Below, piece after piece: positions 46,025-56,724 of a stretch of DNA of 64,000 nt. Numbering within the stretch: position 1 is the first letter of the stretch; the number at the start of each line of letters is the position of its first letter. Source of the stretch: Zancudomyces culisetae HAW-14-8. Taxonomy: Eukaryota > Fungi > Kickxellomycota. The stretch lies in assembly GCA_052426225.1 (NCBI GenBank), contig JBNJNM010000011.1, forward strand, positions 4,340,001 through 4,404,000, given 5' to 3'. Under the pieces are notes generated by a model, which was given only the letters and a program-made list of their open reading frames with translations, was not told where the DNA came from and made no database searches. Both the position numbers and the translations under genes were made by a program.

Positions 46025-48032
46025 TCACTATAAAATATCTTTTTTTGTTTTATCAAGCTTTTGGAGGATATGGATTGAAAAAGCAAATATTGTAAAGAAG
46101 AGCGAAGCATGTTATACAAAGATAAGATAAAACATAAGTATATTGAGCTAAATATGTTTCAAAATAAAGTATAATCATCTCTCTGGCAGTCATAACAAGC
46201 CTGGTATTTGCGCTTGCTTTAAATATTGACTATTCAAGCGTGTAAACGATAAATAACTGAATTGGTGATAAAAAAAATTACATATTTAGAAGCGCGGTTA
46301 CAGCTACACCTTTTCTAAATTATTCGTATACATATTTTTAGAAATAGGATTATCACGTTACCTTTGTAATGGCAGTGTAGACATATTGTGCTTTAACTGC
46401 TGGTTAAACTACAACTCCATGGCGTACCTAGTAAAATTTTCCATATAACTCATTTACATTTGATACTCCCTTTGGCGCGCGCTTCTGCATAAAAAGCGTG
46501 CAGTTAGCTGAATACTAGTTTACAGCTACGTATCTAAGGTATACGTATTATCTGGCTACTCCACCCCTGTCCCCCCCCCCCCTGCCCCTTCCTGTTCCGA
46601 GTAACCATGCTAGTGATGTTATTTGGTAATAGTTGATGGTATATTGGGAGAACAAAAACCCATATCTCAGTTGATTAGTTGCATTTCTTTTTTTTTTTTG
46701 CAATACGTTTTTTTTGGTTCTGTAGCTCAATTTTCTGAAAAGAATAAGTACCCAACTATCAAAAGCCAATGGAGGTAGCTGATGCCGGCTAGAATATTGT
46801 TTTCCAATATTAGCTGTTGGTTCATGTTTGAAAGTATATTCATACAAAGGCAAATGTTTTGTTGTATTATATGCCACCAGGTGTAGAGCGGGATAACGCA
46901 TTGTATAACCCTAGACTAAAAAAAAAAGAGTCTGGCCTTGCAAAAATTGGTATTTATTTCACTTCAAAACACTTTTGTTAATACCACTCATGTTTCCCAT
47001 TATCTTTTCTCATAACAACACTAGAATTTCTTGGTTTGTAGTGGGGTATCAATTTTTTTTATTATTTCTTTTTTTACCTTAACCCAATAGTTCGTGCGAA
47101 TACCTAACAGTTGTCAATAATGTTAATAGAACACAGCTGATAAATAGCTAGCTTTTGTAGTTCCGGACACAAATTCATACTCGAGTTTCCATATCCATGT
47201 ACGGTTTGGCACTGATACTGCAGTGCCCTTGTGAGTTGCGGAAGGGGATGTGGTTGTGGGCAAATACTCAAAGCGTAGTTGTAGAACTATTCCTAGTTAT
47301 TGATATTTTTTGCAATTCGCATAAAAGTTAGTTCTCTAAAAAATTAAAGGGAGGGTAAAATGGATAGACACAAGCATAGCAACAGGGTACCATATTCAAT
47401 TTACATAGGTTTAAACTGGTGATCACTTGAAAGGGGATCAACATTTAATATACTGAAATGTCGAGCCACAGTTAGAGGATATAGTACAAAGTTTATCATG
47501 CACAGTTCAAAACTCAAAATAAATAATACGAAATAGGTCCAGGCTGTAGTAATAATAGAAATGTGAAAATCATTATATCTAGAAGCTATAGGCATAAAGT
47601 GCTCAGCACAATGAGTTTAGTTTTACTTTTTGTTCTCATCTCTATAATAGTTTAATAGTATAAAATATATAAATTGAGGAGAAACTATCTTGAAAGTATA
47701 TCCGTTAGCAATACAATCACTGCTATTCGTTATTTAAATTGAATATTTTTCTTTGGTGTTTTATTCAAAACAGGACATCGTTAAAATAAACCATACTACT
47801 GAGCTTTTCTGAAAATTTTGTAAGTGATGTTTCTTTTAAAAATTGTGGTACATTCGTTAAATATATAACCGATTAAGGGTACTTACTTGGTATTAAGAAA
47901 AAATGTACTGATTTAACTGTATTGATCTACGATTGATAGCTATCTGTGAAACGACTTGATGAGTGTACAATAGAAACCACTCTACCAGTTGCAGAAAAAA
48001 ATAGAATAAAAAAATAGAAAAAGAATAACAGC

Positions 48033-49925
48033 ATGAATAAGCTTTTGTTTGTGTGTGGGATCATCTTTACAGTGATTTTGTCGATCTCAAGAGCAGCGGC
48101 AGACAAAAACGCAAAGGTAAACTTTGCTCAGCTTAACCGACTTGTTGTGGATAATGCCTCAAACATAGCTAGTCCGAGTTCAACACAAACTAACGCTCTT
48201 CATCCTGGGGTTGGGGCAGCTGATGGCGCGTTGATAAGAAAAGTCGAAAATCTGATGGATGACGAAAAACTGGCTGCACAGAATAGAAAAAAATCTATTT
48301 ACAGACTTCGAATTAAGTATAGACTTAGGTTTGAGGCTGCAAAGGCATTGTTTGAGGAAAGACTTGGTCAGCTAAACGATAGAATCGAGTCTCTTAAAAA
48401 CAGAATAAATGAACAAAATGAGTGTTTTACTGCCAACACCATAACAGTGACATCAGATTATACTTCTACAAAGACCAGCCGCGTCAAAGTGAAGCAAACA
48501 GTAACTGTACAGCCAACAGTCCAAGCAACGACTATCCTGCACACCACTGTCACGGTTCCAAAAAAAACTAAAACCAATACACGGCATACCATGAATAGAC
48601 CTTGTACCAAGTGGAAATCAACAAGTGTTTTTATTACACTTACAAAGTACACAGATAAGACAAAAGTATCTTCCACAACAGTTACAAGAAAACAAACAGT
48701 GGAGACTATTTTGACAACCACATCTAAAGTAGTCGCAACTGCAACAAAGAAAACTGTTATTACATCCACGCTTCAGGCTACAGCCACCGCTACAACAACC
48801 GTTCCAAAAACCATAGTGGTATCACAAACTTCAACAAAGCCACAAATATTTACGACAACCACAAGCTCTATATCTTCCGTTACCCGTGTCACTAGATTGA
48901 CTACTACATCAAACGCCAGCCTAACCTTGACGGCCACACAAAGTTCCATCATAACTAACAGTGTACTTTCAACTGTATTTGCAACAAAGGATCACACTGT
49001 TACTTCTACCGTTTACATGACATCCACTACGGTATTAACACGCACGCAAATTCAAACAGTACTTACACACTCTACACAGACTACACGGGTTACAAACACC
49101 ACAACTACTAGAGTTAAATCCACACAGACAAGCCTTACGACTACTACTTCCAGCGCAACTATTACCGTAACCACAAGAAGAACAAAGAGTCAAAGTACCA
49201 TACTCACTGTACCAACCACTTCAACTGTTGTACAAACAATAACAAACAGCAAGACCATAGTTAAAACCAGTACCTCAAATATTACACAAACAGTGATAAC
49301 AAGGACAAAATCTAAAGTTACAAATACAAGCACACAAAAACTGACTGTCACCACGTACAGTACAGCTACAAACACAATAACTGCTAGTCTTACAATTAAT
49401 AAGGTTACAAGAACAACAACAACCATTCCAACGACTAATATAGTTATTATTACAAGCACAAGCACTAAAACTGTCATGGTTGACCCTACTGCAGAGTCGG
49501 TTACTACTACATCGCTTACTAAATCCAGAAGCACTACAAGAACCATTGTTTCCCCTACCACAAAAACCGCTAGTACTTGCCTTACCAGAACAAGAACAAG
49601 AACCTCTATTCGAACAAACACCTCCACACGTACACGTACACGTACTAACACTGTTACCAGTGATTCGACAACAACTAAAACGCATTCTAGCTACCAAACC
49701 TTTACTGATACAAAGATACACACAAGTATCACCACTGTTAGCTCGAAGTCTACCATTAATGACACCGAATTTATTACAACTAGAAGCTGTCGCACAATCA
49801 CCTCAACTCAATCTCGAACAAAAACAAAAACAACAACCATACGCTCAACAACTACTTCATCTATTACTGTTACTAAACACGAGAGACCTATTATTAGAAC
49901 ATGTAAAACACTTGTAAGCGCCTAA
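48033..49925 (+). CDS. secreted Thr-rich protein with N-terminal coiled coil, unknown function
   Basis: Signal peptide, helical region ~70-130, then ~490 aa dominated by T/V/S/K/R; 630-aa uninterrupted ORF. Confidence 0.8.
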   Translation: MNKLLFVCGIIFTVILSISRAAADKNAKVNFAQLNRLVVDNASNIASPSSTQTNALHPGVGAADGALIRKVENLMDDEKLAAQNRKKSIYRLRIKYRLRFEAAKALFEERLGQLNDRIESLKNRINEQNECFTANTITVTSDYTSTKTSRVKVKQTVTVQPTVQATTILHTTVTVPKKTKTNTRHTMNRPCTKWKSTSVFITLTKYTDKTKVSSTTVTRKQTVETILTTTSKVVATATKKTVITSTLQATATATTTVPKTIVVSQTSTKPQIFTTTTSSISSVTRVTRLTTTSNASLTLTATQSSIITNSVLSTVFATKDHTVTSTVYMTSTTVLTRTQIQTVLTHSTQTTRVTNTTTTRVKSTQTSLTTTTSSATITVTTRRTKSQSTILTVPTTSTVVQTITNSKTIVKTSTSNITQTVITRTKSKVTNTSTQKLTVTTYSTATNTITASLTINKVTRTTTTIPTTNIVIITSTSTKTVMVDPTAESVTTTSLTKSRSTTRTIVSPTTKTASTCLTRTRTRTSIRTNTSTRTRTRTNTVTSDSTTTKTHSSYQTFTDTKIHTSITTVSSKSTINDTEFITTRSCRTITSTQSRTKTKTTTIRSTTTSSITVTKHERPIIRTCKTLVSA

Positions 49926-50889
49926 AATAGAGAAATCACAAAAGAATACATTATATTGTGTCAAAAAAAATAAAAATAAAGTAAGGCTGGAATGGATTAA
50001 TGGACTCAAGCACTTGGTGTATGAGTAGTATTTATTTTATATTTAACAAGCATAGTAGTAGTAGAGTAAAGGTGAGCGAGAAGATTATAGTAGCTATTTT
50101 TTGGCATAGAGTTTTGACAAGGTACAACGTAAAACTGTGTCAGCCAGTTGGCTATGCGTTTATTTAAAGCCAACGGTTATTTTTTCGAGATATATTTTAT
50201 GATGGATTAATAGATACACTATTTAAATAAAATACATTAAAATACTCAAGTGTATATCAAAGAACCATACCGGATAGACTTTTCTAAAACCCAAACTGTT
50301 CTTTGTTTGTTTTCTCTTGTCTTTTTTAGGAACTTTGTATGTATCTATCTGGCTAAAAAAAGACAAACTTAATAGCGAATAATATAAACGGAATTATTCA
50401 AATGCGCTTTTTGCAATGCTGTAATGCAGGTTCAACCTTCAGTTAAATCCGCTAATGCATAAAAAGAGACATCCATAGGGTTGTAGCTGACTTGACGCAT
50501 TACAACGCCCCTGATTGTTATGGGTTATTAAATAACATTAAGTGTGTAATTCATCACTTTTTATGATACTGCTTTACGAGTGTTCGTCTTGAATCCAAAA
50601 CTTTGTAGAATCGTAATCAGCCCATCACATTTAATACTTTTCCAATTCGTGTTGTGAAATGGGATCACGTGGTGTATACGACTAAAAACAAAGTTACATG
50701 CTTCTGTATGTGATTTACTTGGTATTGGCTGATAGGAGTCACATGATATGTAACCTTTTTTATTAATCAGTTAGAGCTAACATTATCCGCTAAACGGCAA
50801 TAACAAATATATGCAGTAAGATGCACTCAAAAGGGTCGCCATCAAAGCTAAAAACACGAATATCTTGTTTCTTATGTAGTATGCAATGA

Positions 50890-51354
50890 CTAGTACTTGA
50901 CAGGAAAAGCCGTTAAAACAAGGTTCCCGACAGCGCTGTTAACTGTGAGCGAAAACGTTTTACACTGGTTCATAGCCTCTAAAGCACTTGTGATAAATTT
51001 GTCCCAATAACCAGGAGAAAGTACATCAGACTTTAGACGTTGTTGAATTATTGTAAAGCTCCACATTGTGTTTGTCCCAGAGTCAAAAAATAGTTTATTG
51101 TTTGGAACCAAAAATATACCTTGAGCTGGAAAAGATTCTTCTGCTAGGAGTGCGTTCCAAACTAAAGATGCAGTAGACGGGACAGGCTTAAAAAGTGTTC
51201 CAACATTCGAGTTGATCCAGATCGTTGTATCCACATTAGTGGGGCTCTTCATTGAAGCGCATGCTGCCCAACCAGCAGCGTTATTCCCACACGTGATTGC
51301 ACCTGAACAGGTAAAAAGTGTTATCAGTGAGACTACGAGCGATTTCCAATGCAT
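50890..51354 (-). CDS. small secreted protein (154 aa), unknown function
   Basis: ATG in AAAATG context at 51354; signal peptide MHWKSLVVSLITLFTCSGA; Cys-containing globular-looking mature part. Confidence 0.7.
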   Translation of the reverse strand: MHWKSLVVSLITLFTCSGAITCGNNAAGWAACASMKSPTNVDTTIWINSNVGTLFKPVPSTASLVWNALLAEESFPAQGIFLVPNNKLFFDSGTNTMWSFTIIQQRLKSDVLSPGYWDKFITSALEAMNQCKTFSLTVNSAVGNLVLTAFPVKY

Positions 51355-52595
51355 TTTCCTCTCAATTAACGACAAATGTTGTTGATGTAAAACTAAAAAT
51401 GCGCACAAATGAAGATGATGAATATATTTACTACAATGTTTCTGTTATATCTTCCATGTAAAAAAAAGAGGGGCGGGAGGGCTGAGTTATCCTTTTATAG
51501 GATCTTTTTTTTTTCATGGCTATTAACTGAAAGCAAGCATACTCTCCCTTTCATCAATATAAACATTGCAACTCCAATCCTTAAATTAAACTGTAGGAAA
51601 GTGCTCGATTTTTCAAATTAGAACGGAAAGTAAAGCATGAAATTTTGTTACACTAGTCCATCATACCAACTCAAGCCACAATTTATTAGCGTCTACTTAT
51701 GATTTCTTTCTCTTTTTTTATGATAGATATTAGGGCAAAGTGTATGCACCTATAAGGTCAAGATTAGCAACTTGTGTGCATATTCTAGTCGTTATAAAAG
51801 ATAATGTTCCTATGAAAACGGAAAAATTGACAAAATGCAGTTGAAAACTACATGTCATCAATTTTAATGCGAATTATAAATTCATTTTTTCTTATTTTGC
51901 ATTTACATTTACAACCGCCATAAGTAAAGGTGTGCAGTTAAGTCGCGGATTTTTCATGAATCAGATACTTATGCAACCCCCAATTCCAATTGTGGGAGAA
52001 TAGTGAATTTCCCACCTATAACACAGCTAAAGTCCGGTCAGATCTAGTTAGGATCTCATGTTGTGTTGCTCATCCCATTCCCATTCCCTTACCCTCACCT
52101 AACACATATACCTCATGATAGTGCTTTCGACCTAGTGTTGTTTAGCTCAGTTTTGCTTTGGATCCACTTCCTTCGCCTCTTTCCACTGCAGGAATCTGTG
52201 ATTGTAGTGATAAATGTTTTTGAGCATAAACGTGTATATCGAGCCATGTGTATTATGCGGTCAAAAGTTGAATAAACATTAGTTTATACACCCCTCCCTT
52301 CCCCAGAGACAATTTACAAAAGCATAGTCACCAAAGGTTTATTCGCACGCCCAAAAGATCAATGTACAAAGCGAGAAAAAAATGACGTTAGCTCTGTAAG
52401 TGTATGTAAATAAAAAATCTTATAGTGTTGATATATGCCAGGAAAAAAGTGCAACTACCCTAATTCATGGCTCCTCATAGCGAAGACTACTTTGTTAGTG
52501 GATAGTGGTGACAAACTAATGCACTAAATGTGGAGGTAACTTTTGCAAAACTATTTCTCTCCAGTACAAGAACCATATACTCTACTAAGGCTTTG

Positions 52596-53408
52596 CTATA
52601 CTAGCTCAGTTAAACTAGTTATTTTGACGACATTTTCTGCATCATTAAAACTGCTGGCCTTCCGTTTTCTATCCAGCAAAATTGAATTGAAACCTGCCTT
52701 CGATGAGGCCAGGTAGTCGCCAAAGAGATCGTCGCCAATATGGCAAACCTGTTGTGGAATATATTTATTTTCGACAGCAGCCGAGTAAAGTTTCGGATCT
52801 GGCTTCTGTAGCTGCATAGATTCACCGGTAATAATAAAGGAAAAATATCTGTCCAAACCAAAACTCTTAACCACTTGCTTTGTGCGATTGTCGGAATTGG
52901 TTATTATCCCCAATTTGTACTTGTTTGTGTATAATTCCTGAAGGGTAGGTATTGTGTCTTCGTAAAGGCTAAATCCCGAACTGCCGGAAAAATGTTCGAA
53001 TAACTCTTCAGATGCAGAGTCTATGAATTTTTCGATACTAGAGGGATGGACTCCGCCTAGGAACCAAGTTCGTTCAATCACTCTTTTCCACCATTCAAAA
53101 GCGTCCATCGAACCCACACCGTAGCACGGAAATGATCGACCAAGCCGTTCTAGAGCTACGGGAAAGCTTTTTGTTATAAGTGCTTCATCTACAACGACTT
53201 TATTCGCTTTAAGAATTTTCGACTATTTGTTTATGTTACGCCAAACACTGTAAATTTTGAAGCAAATCTAGGATTACGAAAATGAAAAATACCAGAAAAA
53301 GAAACGAACATATGTTTTGCCAATTGGTTCTGTTGGATAGTAAAGCGTATGTATAGCATCAAATGTTATAACCCGGGTGGCAGGAAAGTATTTTTTTAAG
53401 GCGCACAT
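52596..53408 (-). CDS. HAD-superfamily hydrolase (HDHD3/REG-2-like), one intron
   Basis: Exon 1 motif I VITFDAIHTL; motif II IITNSD; KPDP; HIGDD...DY....AG. Confidence 0.88.
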
Positions 53409-53778
53409 TACTACAGCAAGTGTAAGAAAAAAAAATATCGAGATGGAATAAATACAGAGAAAAAAGAAAAAATTACACGTTTCTTTTTATAAAGTAGATA
53501 AATAAATAAACAAAAGTGGTAGTATACCAGTAGACTAGCCCCAGCCTCTTGAAACCAAAGAATATCATCTTTGAGTTCTGGGTTGGTAGAAAAAAACGAC
53601 TAAGTACTAAATACTGTAAATGGTAACTGCAAACCCCCAGAACTAAGTATATTTATGGAGCAAGAAAATACCCAAAGTGATGTAACCAGTGACTGTTTGA
53701 TTTGTTTCTACTATATGTGAATATGTTTGTAAAATGTTTAGGGACATTTTACTATCAGGTTTTGAACCTTTACATGTT

Positions 53779-54627
53779 CTATCCTCCTTCCCAGAAATCT
53801 GGGGACATTCTCGTAAAAAACCCACCGTTATTACACATTAATACGTCCATATCCTCTGTTGCCAAATAAACTGGTGTTTTAACAGCAATCTCAATATTAT
53901 TCGATCTGTATTTATCACATGGTAACTGTGTTGAAGCTGTTGGAAATTCGGGATCACAACTAGCAAAAAATAAATTCCTGGGATCTTTTTCATACGAAGC
54001 TGATAAAATCCTCGCCAAGGCGACAAGACCTGCGCAGTGGATGGGGTACATTGTATCCGAAGCCGCTTTACTCTGCAAAGCGGTTTCAAGCTCACTGGTC
54101 AGTAATTCATTAACTTGTGCACTTGAGTTGCATTTTGGGTATATATTTTTTTTATCAACGCTCAGTTTTTGTGCTCTCTTTTGTTGGTTAGCAAGTAATA
54201 TTACACGGCCATTGTATTTCATCAGCCCCAAAAAGTTGGAGATAAAGTTGGCATTTAGAAAATAGTTTTTTTCAATTGCTTGGCTAGCATCATAGCTACC
54301 TGCCTCTGTAGAGGAGGGATAATTGTCACACGTCATTAACGTGTCAATACACTGATCTCCATGTGCTTCTAACAGGTATTCCTTGAACTTCATTGCATCA
54401 TTTTCTTTGTTACTCAATGTTATAAAAACAGGGGTAATTATAACCGTGCAGTTGGCTCGTTTTGTAGTTTCAGGTGCATGCAATTCTTCTGAGTCTTCAT
54501 TATTTCCTGGAAAACAGACAGCGTAGATGTGAAGATCCTCCTTGGCTGTCAGTGCTAGTCGTCTAGCAATTGCGGAAACCAGATTGGTTCCACCTCCAGT
54601 CATCACAAAAACTTTACTATTCGACAT
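53779..54627 (-). CDS. carbonyl-reductase-like SDR with degenerate motifs
   Basis: VFVMTGG....SAIARRLA, IDTL, NYF, GRVILLA, FFASCDP, TPVYLA follow the carbonyl reductase layout. Confidence 0.7.
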   Translation of the reverse strand: MSNSKVFVMTGGGTNLVSAIARRLALTAKEDLHIYAVCFPGNNEDSEELHAPETTKRANCTVIITPVFITLSNKENDAMKFKEYLLEAHGDQCIDTLMTCDNYPSSTEAGSYDASQAIEKNYFLNANFISNFLGLMKYNGRVILLANQQKRAQKLSVDKKNIYPKCNSSAQVNELLTSELETALQSKAASDTMYPIHCAGLVALARILSASYEKDPRNLFFASCDPEFPTASTQLPCDKYRSNNIEIAVKTPVYLATEDMDVLMCNNGGFFTRMSPDFWEGG

Positions 54628-55104
54628 TTGACGGAAAATCGTGGTTTCTTTTGCTTTTTGCTATTTCACTAGTAATCTGGGGAACATAGTAGTTACTTCA
54701 AAAAAGAACAAAGCGCATTTTTTATCGTTAACACCTGGCAAATTGCAGATATGAATTTACCTAGAAGAAATTGTTACAAAGTAATTTAGCACTGGAATAC
54801 AGTAATTTCGTCCAATGGGCCAGGTACTAGAGCACAGCTTTCATTGGTGAGTAAATTGCTACGACAATAAAACAATAGTGAGAGGCCAATGAAAGTATGT
54901 GCACAAGTTGCATTATAGAGCCATTCTTTCCCCTCTACTTTCTTGCTTTTGCTTTTTGCTCGTTAACTCTTTTAGCTTCTTATGTGCTAGGTTTACATGA
55001 TATCACCTAATTATACATCTTGATACTCTAATTTTCCTGATAAGGCTGTTTATAAAAATCACTGTAGTACAAAGGAGATCACTAGTCAGAAAAAACAATT
55101 CGAG

Positions 55105-56048
55105 ATGCAAAGACTGTTTGGAACAAGCAAACCGAAGGCACCAGAGCCTACAATTAACGACACTTTGAGCTCTGTAAGTGGGTTAAGTCATTTGATTTTG
55201 ATTTTTTTTATTTAATTTCTAGAATATCTTTACTTTTATGTCAAGATGCACGAATCGTCTAAAACAAAGGACGGCCAATCAGCACTATATAGCGAATGAG
55301 AAGGAGCATATCGAACACGGAATAACAATTTTAGTTTTTATAGATGGATAGTAGAATTTCTGGTCTTGAGGAAAAGGTTAAAAAGTATGATTCAGAACTA
55401 AGTGCACTAAACATTCAATTAAAAAAATTACCTGAGGGTGGCTCAAAGGTATTTATTTTATACGTGAAACCTTAGCATAAGTATCAACTAGTGGAGTTAC
55501 TATCCTTCACCTCAACCTGGCTAATTTTTCCCACTATTACTGTTTTCTAGAATATCTTGAGGCAGAAAGCGATGAGAATATTAAAGCAAAAAAAGCAAAT
55601 TGAAGGACAAATCGAATCCATATACTCACAGAAGTTCACAATCGAAAGCAGTGTTATAGCTACAGATAATTTAAAGGCGACATATTCTACTATTAAAGCA
55701 ATGGAAGTTACTAGCAAGGAGCTTAGAGCCCAATCAAAAAAAGTCAATATCGATAAAATATATAGCCTGCAGGATGAAATCGCCATGTATATGGAGCAAG
55801 CTGACGAGTTTAATGAGATCCTTACTAGAGACTATGCTACACCAGTAGATATTGACGAAGATATGCTTGAAGCAGAATTGGAAGCTTTGGGCACGGAGAT
55901 TGAACTAGAAAAGCAAATAGAGGACGAAAAATCGGGTATACCGTCCTATTTAGCTCCCAGCTCAGGTGAAACTACTAACCTTGGGGCTGAGACTGAGGAA
56001 CTTCCTAACACCGAGAAGCCTACCCAACTGAATACGCTTTCGGGTTGA
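55105..56048 (+). CDS. VPS60: ESCRT-III Vps60/CHMP5, 3 exons
   Basis: MQRLFG..KPK.P.PT.ND|MDSR...EEK..K.D.EL|..RQKAMRILKQKK; IDKI..LQDE; IDEDMLEAELEALG. Confidence 0.92.
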
Positions 56049-56724
56049 TGTTACTATTCTGGCTATAGAATATTTACTTGGTTTTTTTTTAAAATGACAC
56101 GGTCCCTATTTCATATGTATCATTCCTCTCTTGGATTGGTGTCGAAAAAATGTTACCATCGTATTAGACATTAATCAAATACCCGCGTTTTATCGTCTCC
56201 ACTGATGTCATTTTTTTTGGGAGAGGGAAGGATAGGAGGATTTATGTGTGAGTGTACGCTATTGCACCGAAGAATTAATAGCCGCTTAAGGTCCTATTTA
56301 TATTTGGCTGCTTCATACGCTCAGGTGATCGAATACTTTAATTATATTTTACCTTGCCACCGCCTGTTTCGCGTGAGCTGGATTACTTTTTTTTAAACAT
56401 AATACTTTCAAGTGTTGAGAATTTTTTTTTCTTGTGTTGGAGTAAAGCCTCAATACATGTGCATTTAAAAAAGAAAAAATAATTCGTCACATCAAACATT
56501 CAAGTATTGAAGGAACGTAATGGTAAAACCGGACAAAGTACTGTATATTTTGAAAGTTAAGTATTAAAAGAGATGCTAGTTATCTGTATATATGAATAGA
56601 GATTGCGGTTGGATAAATCGCGAATAAGTATAATACCAAGTTAATTAAAGTTTGTAATACTCAAAAATATATGGCCTACTTGCTGTTATTGTTAGTTATG
56701 AATATATTGAGTAAAACCTAATAC

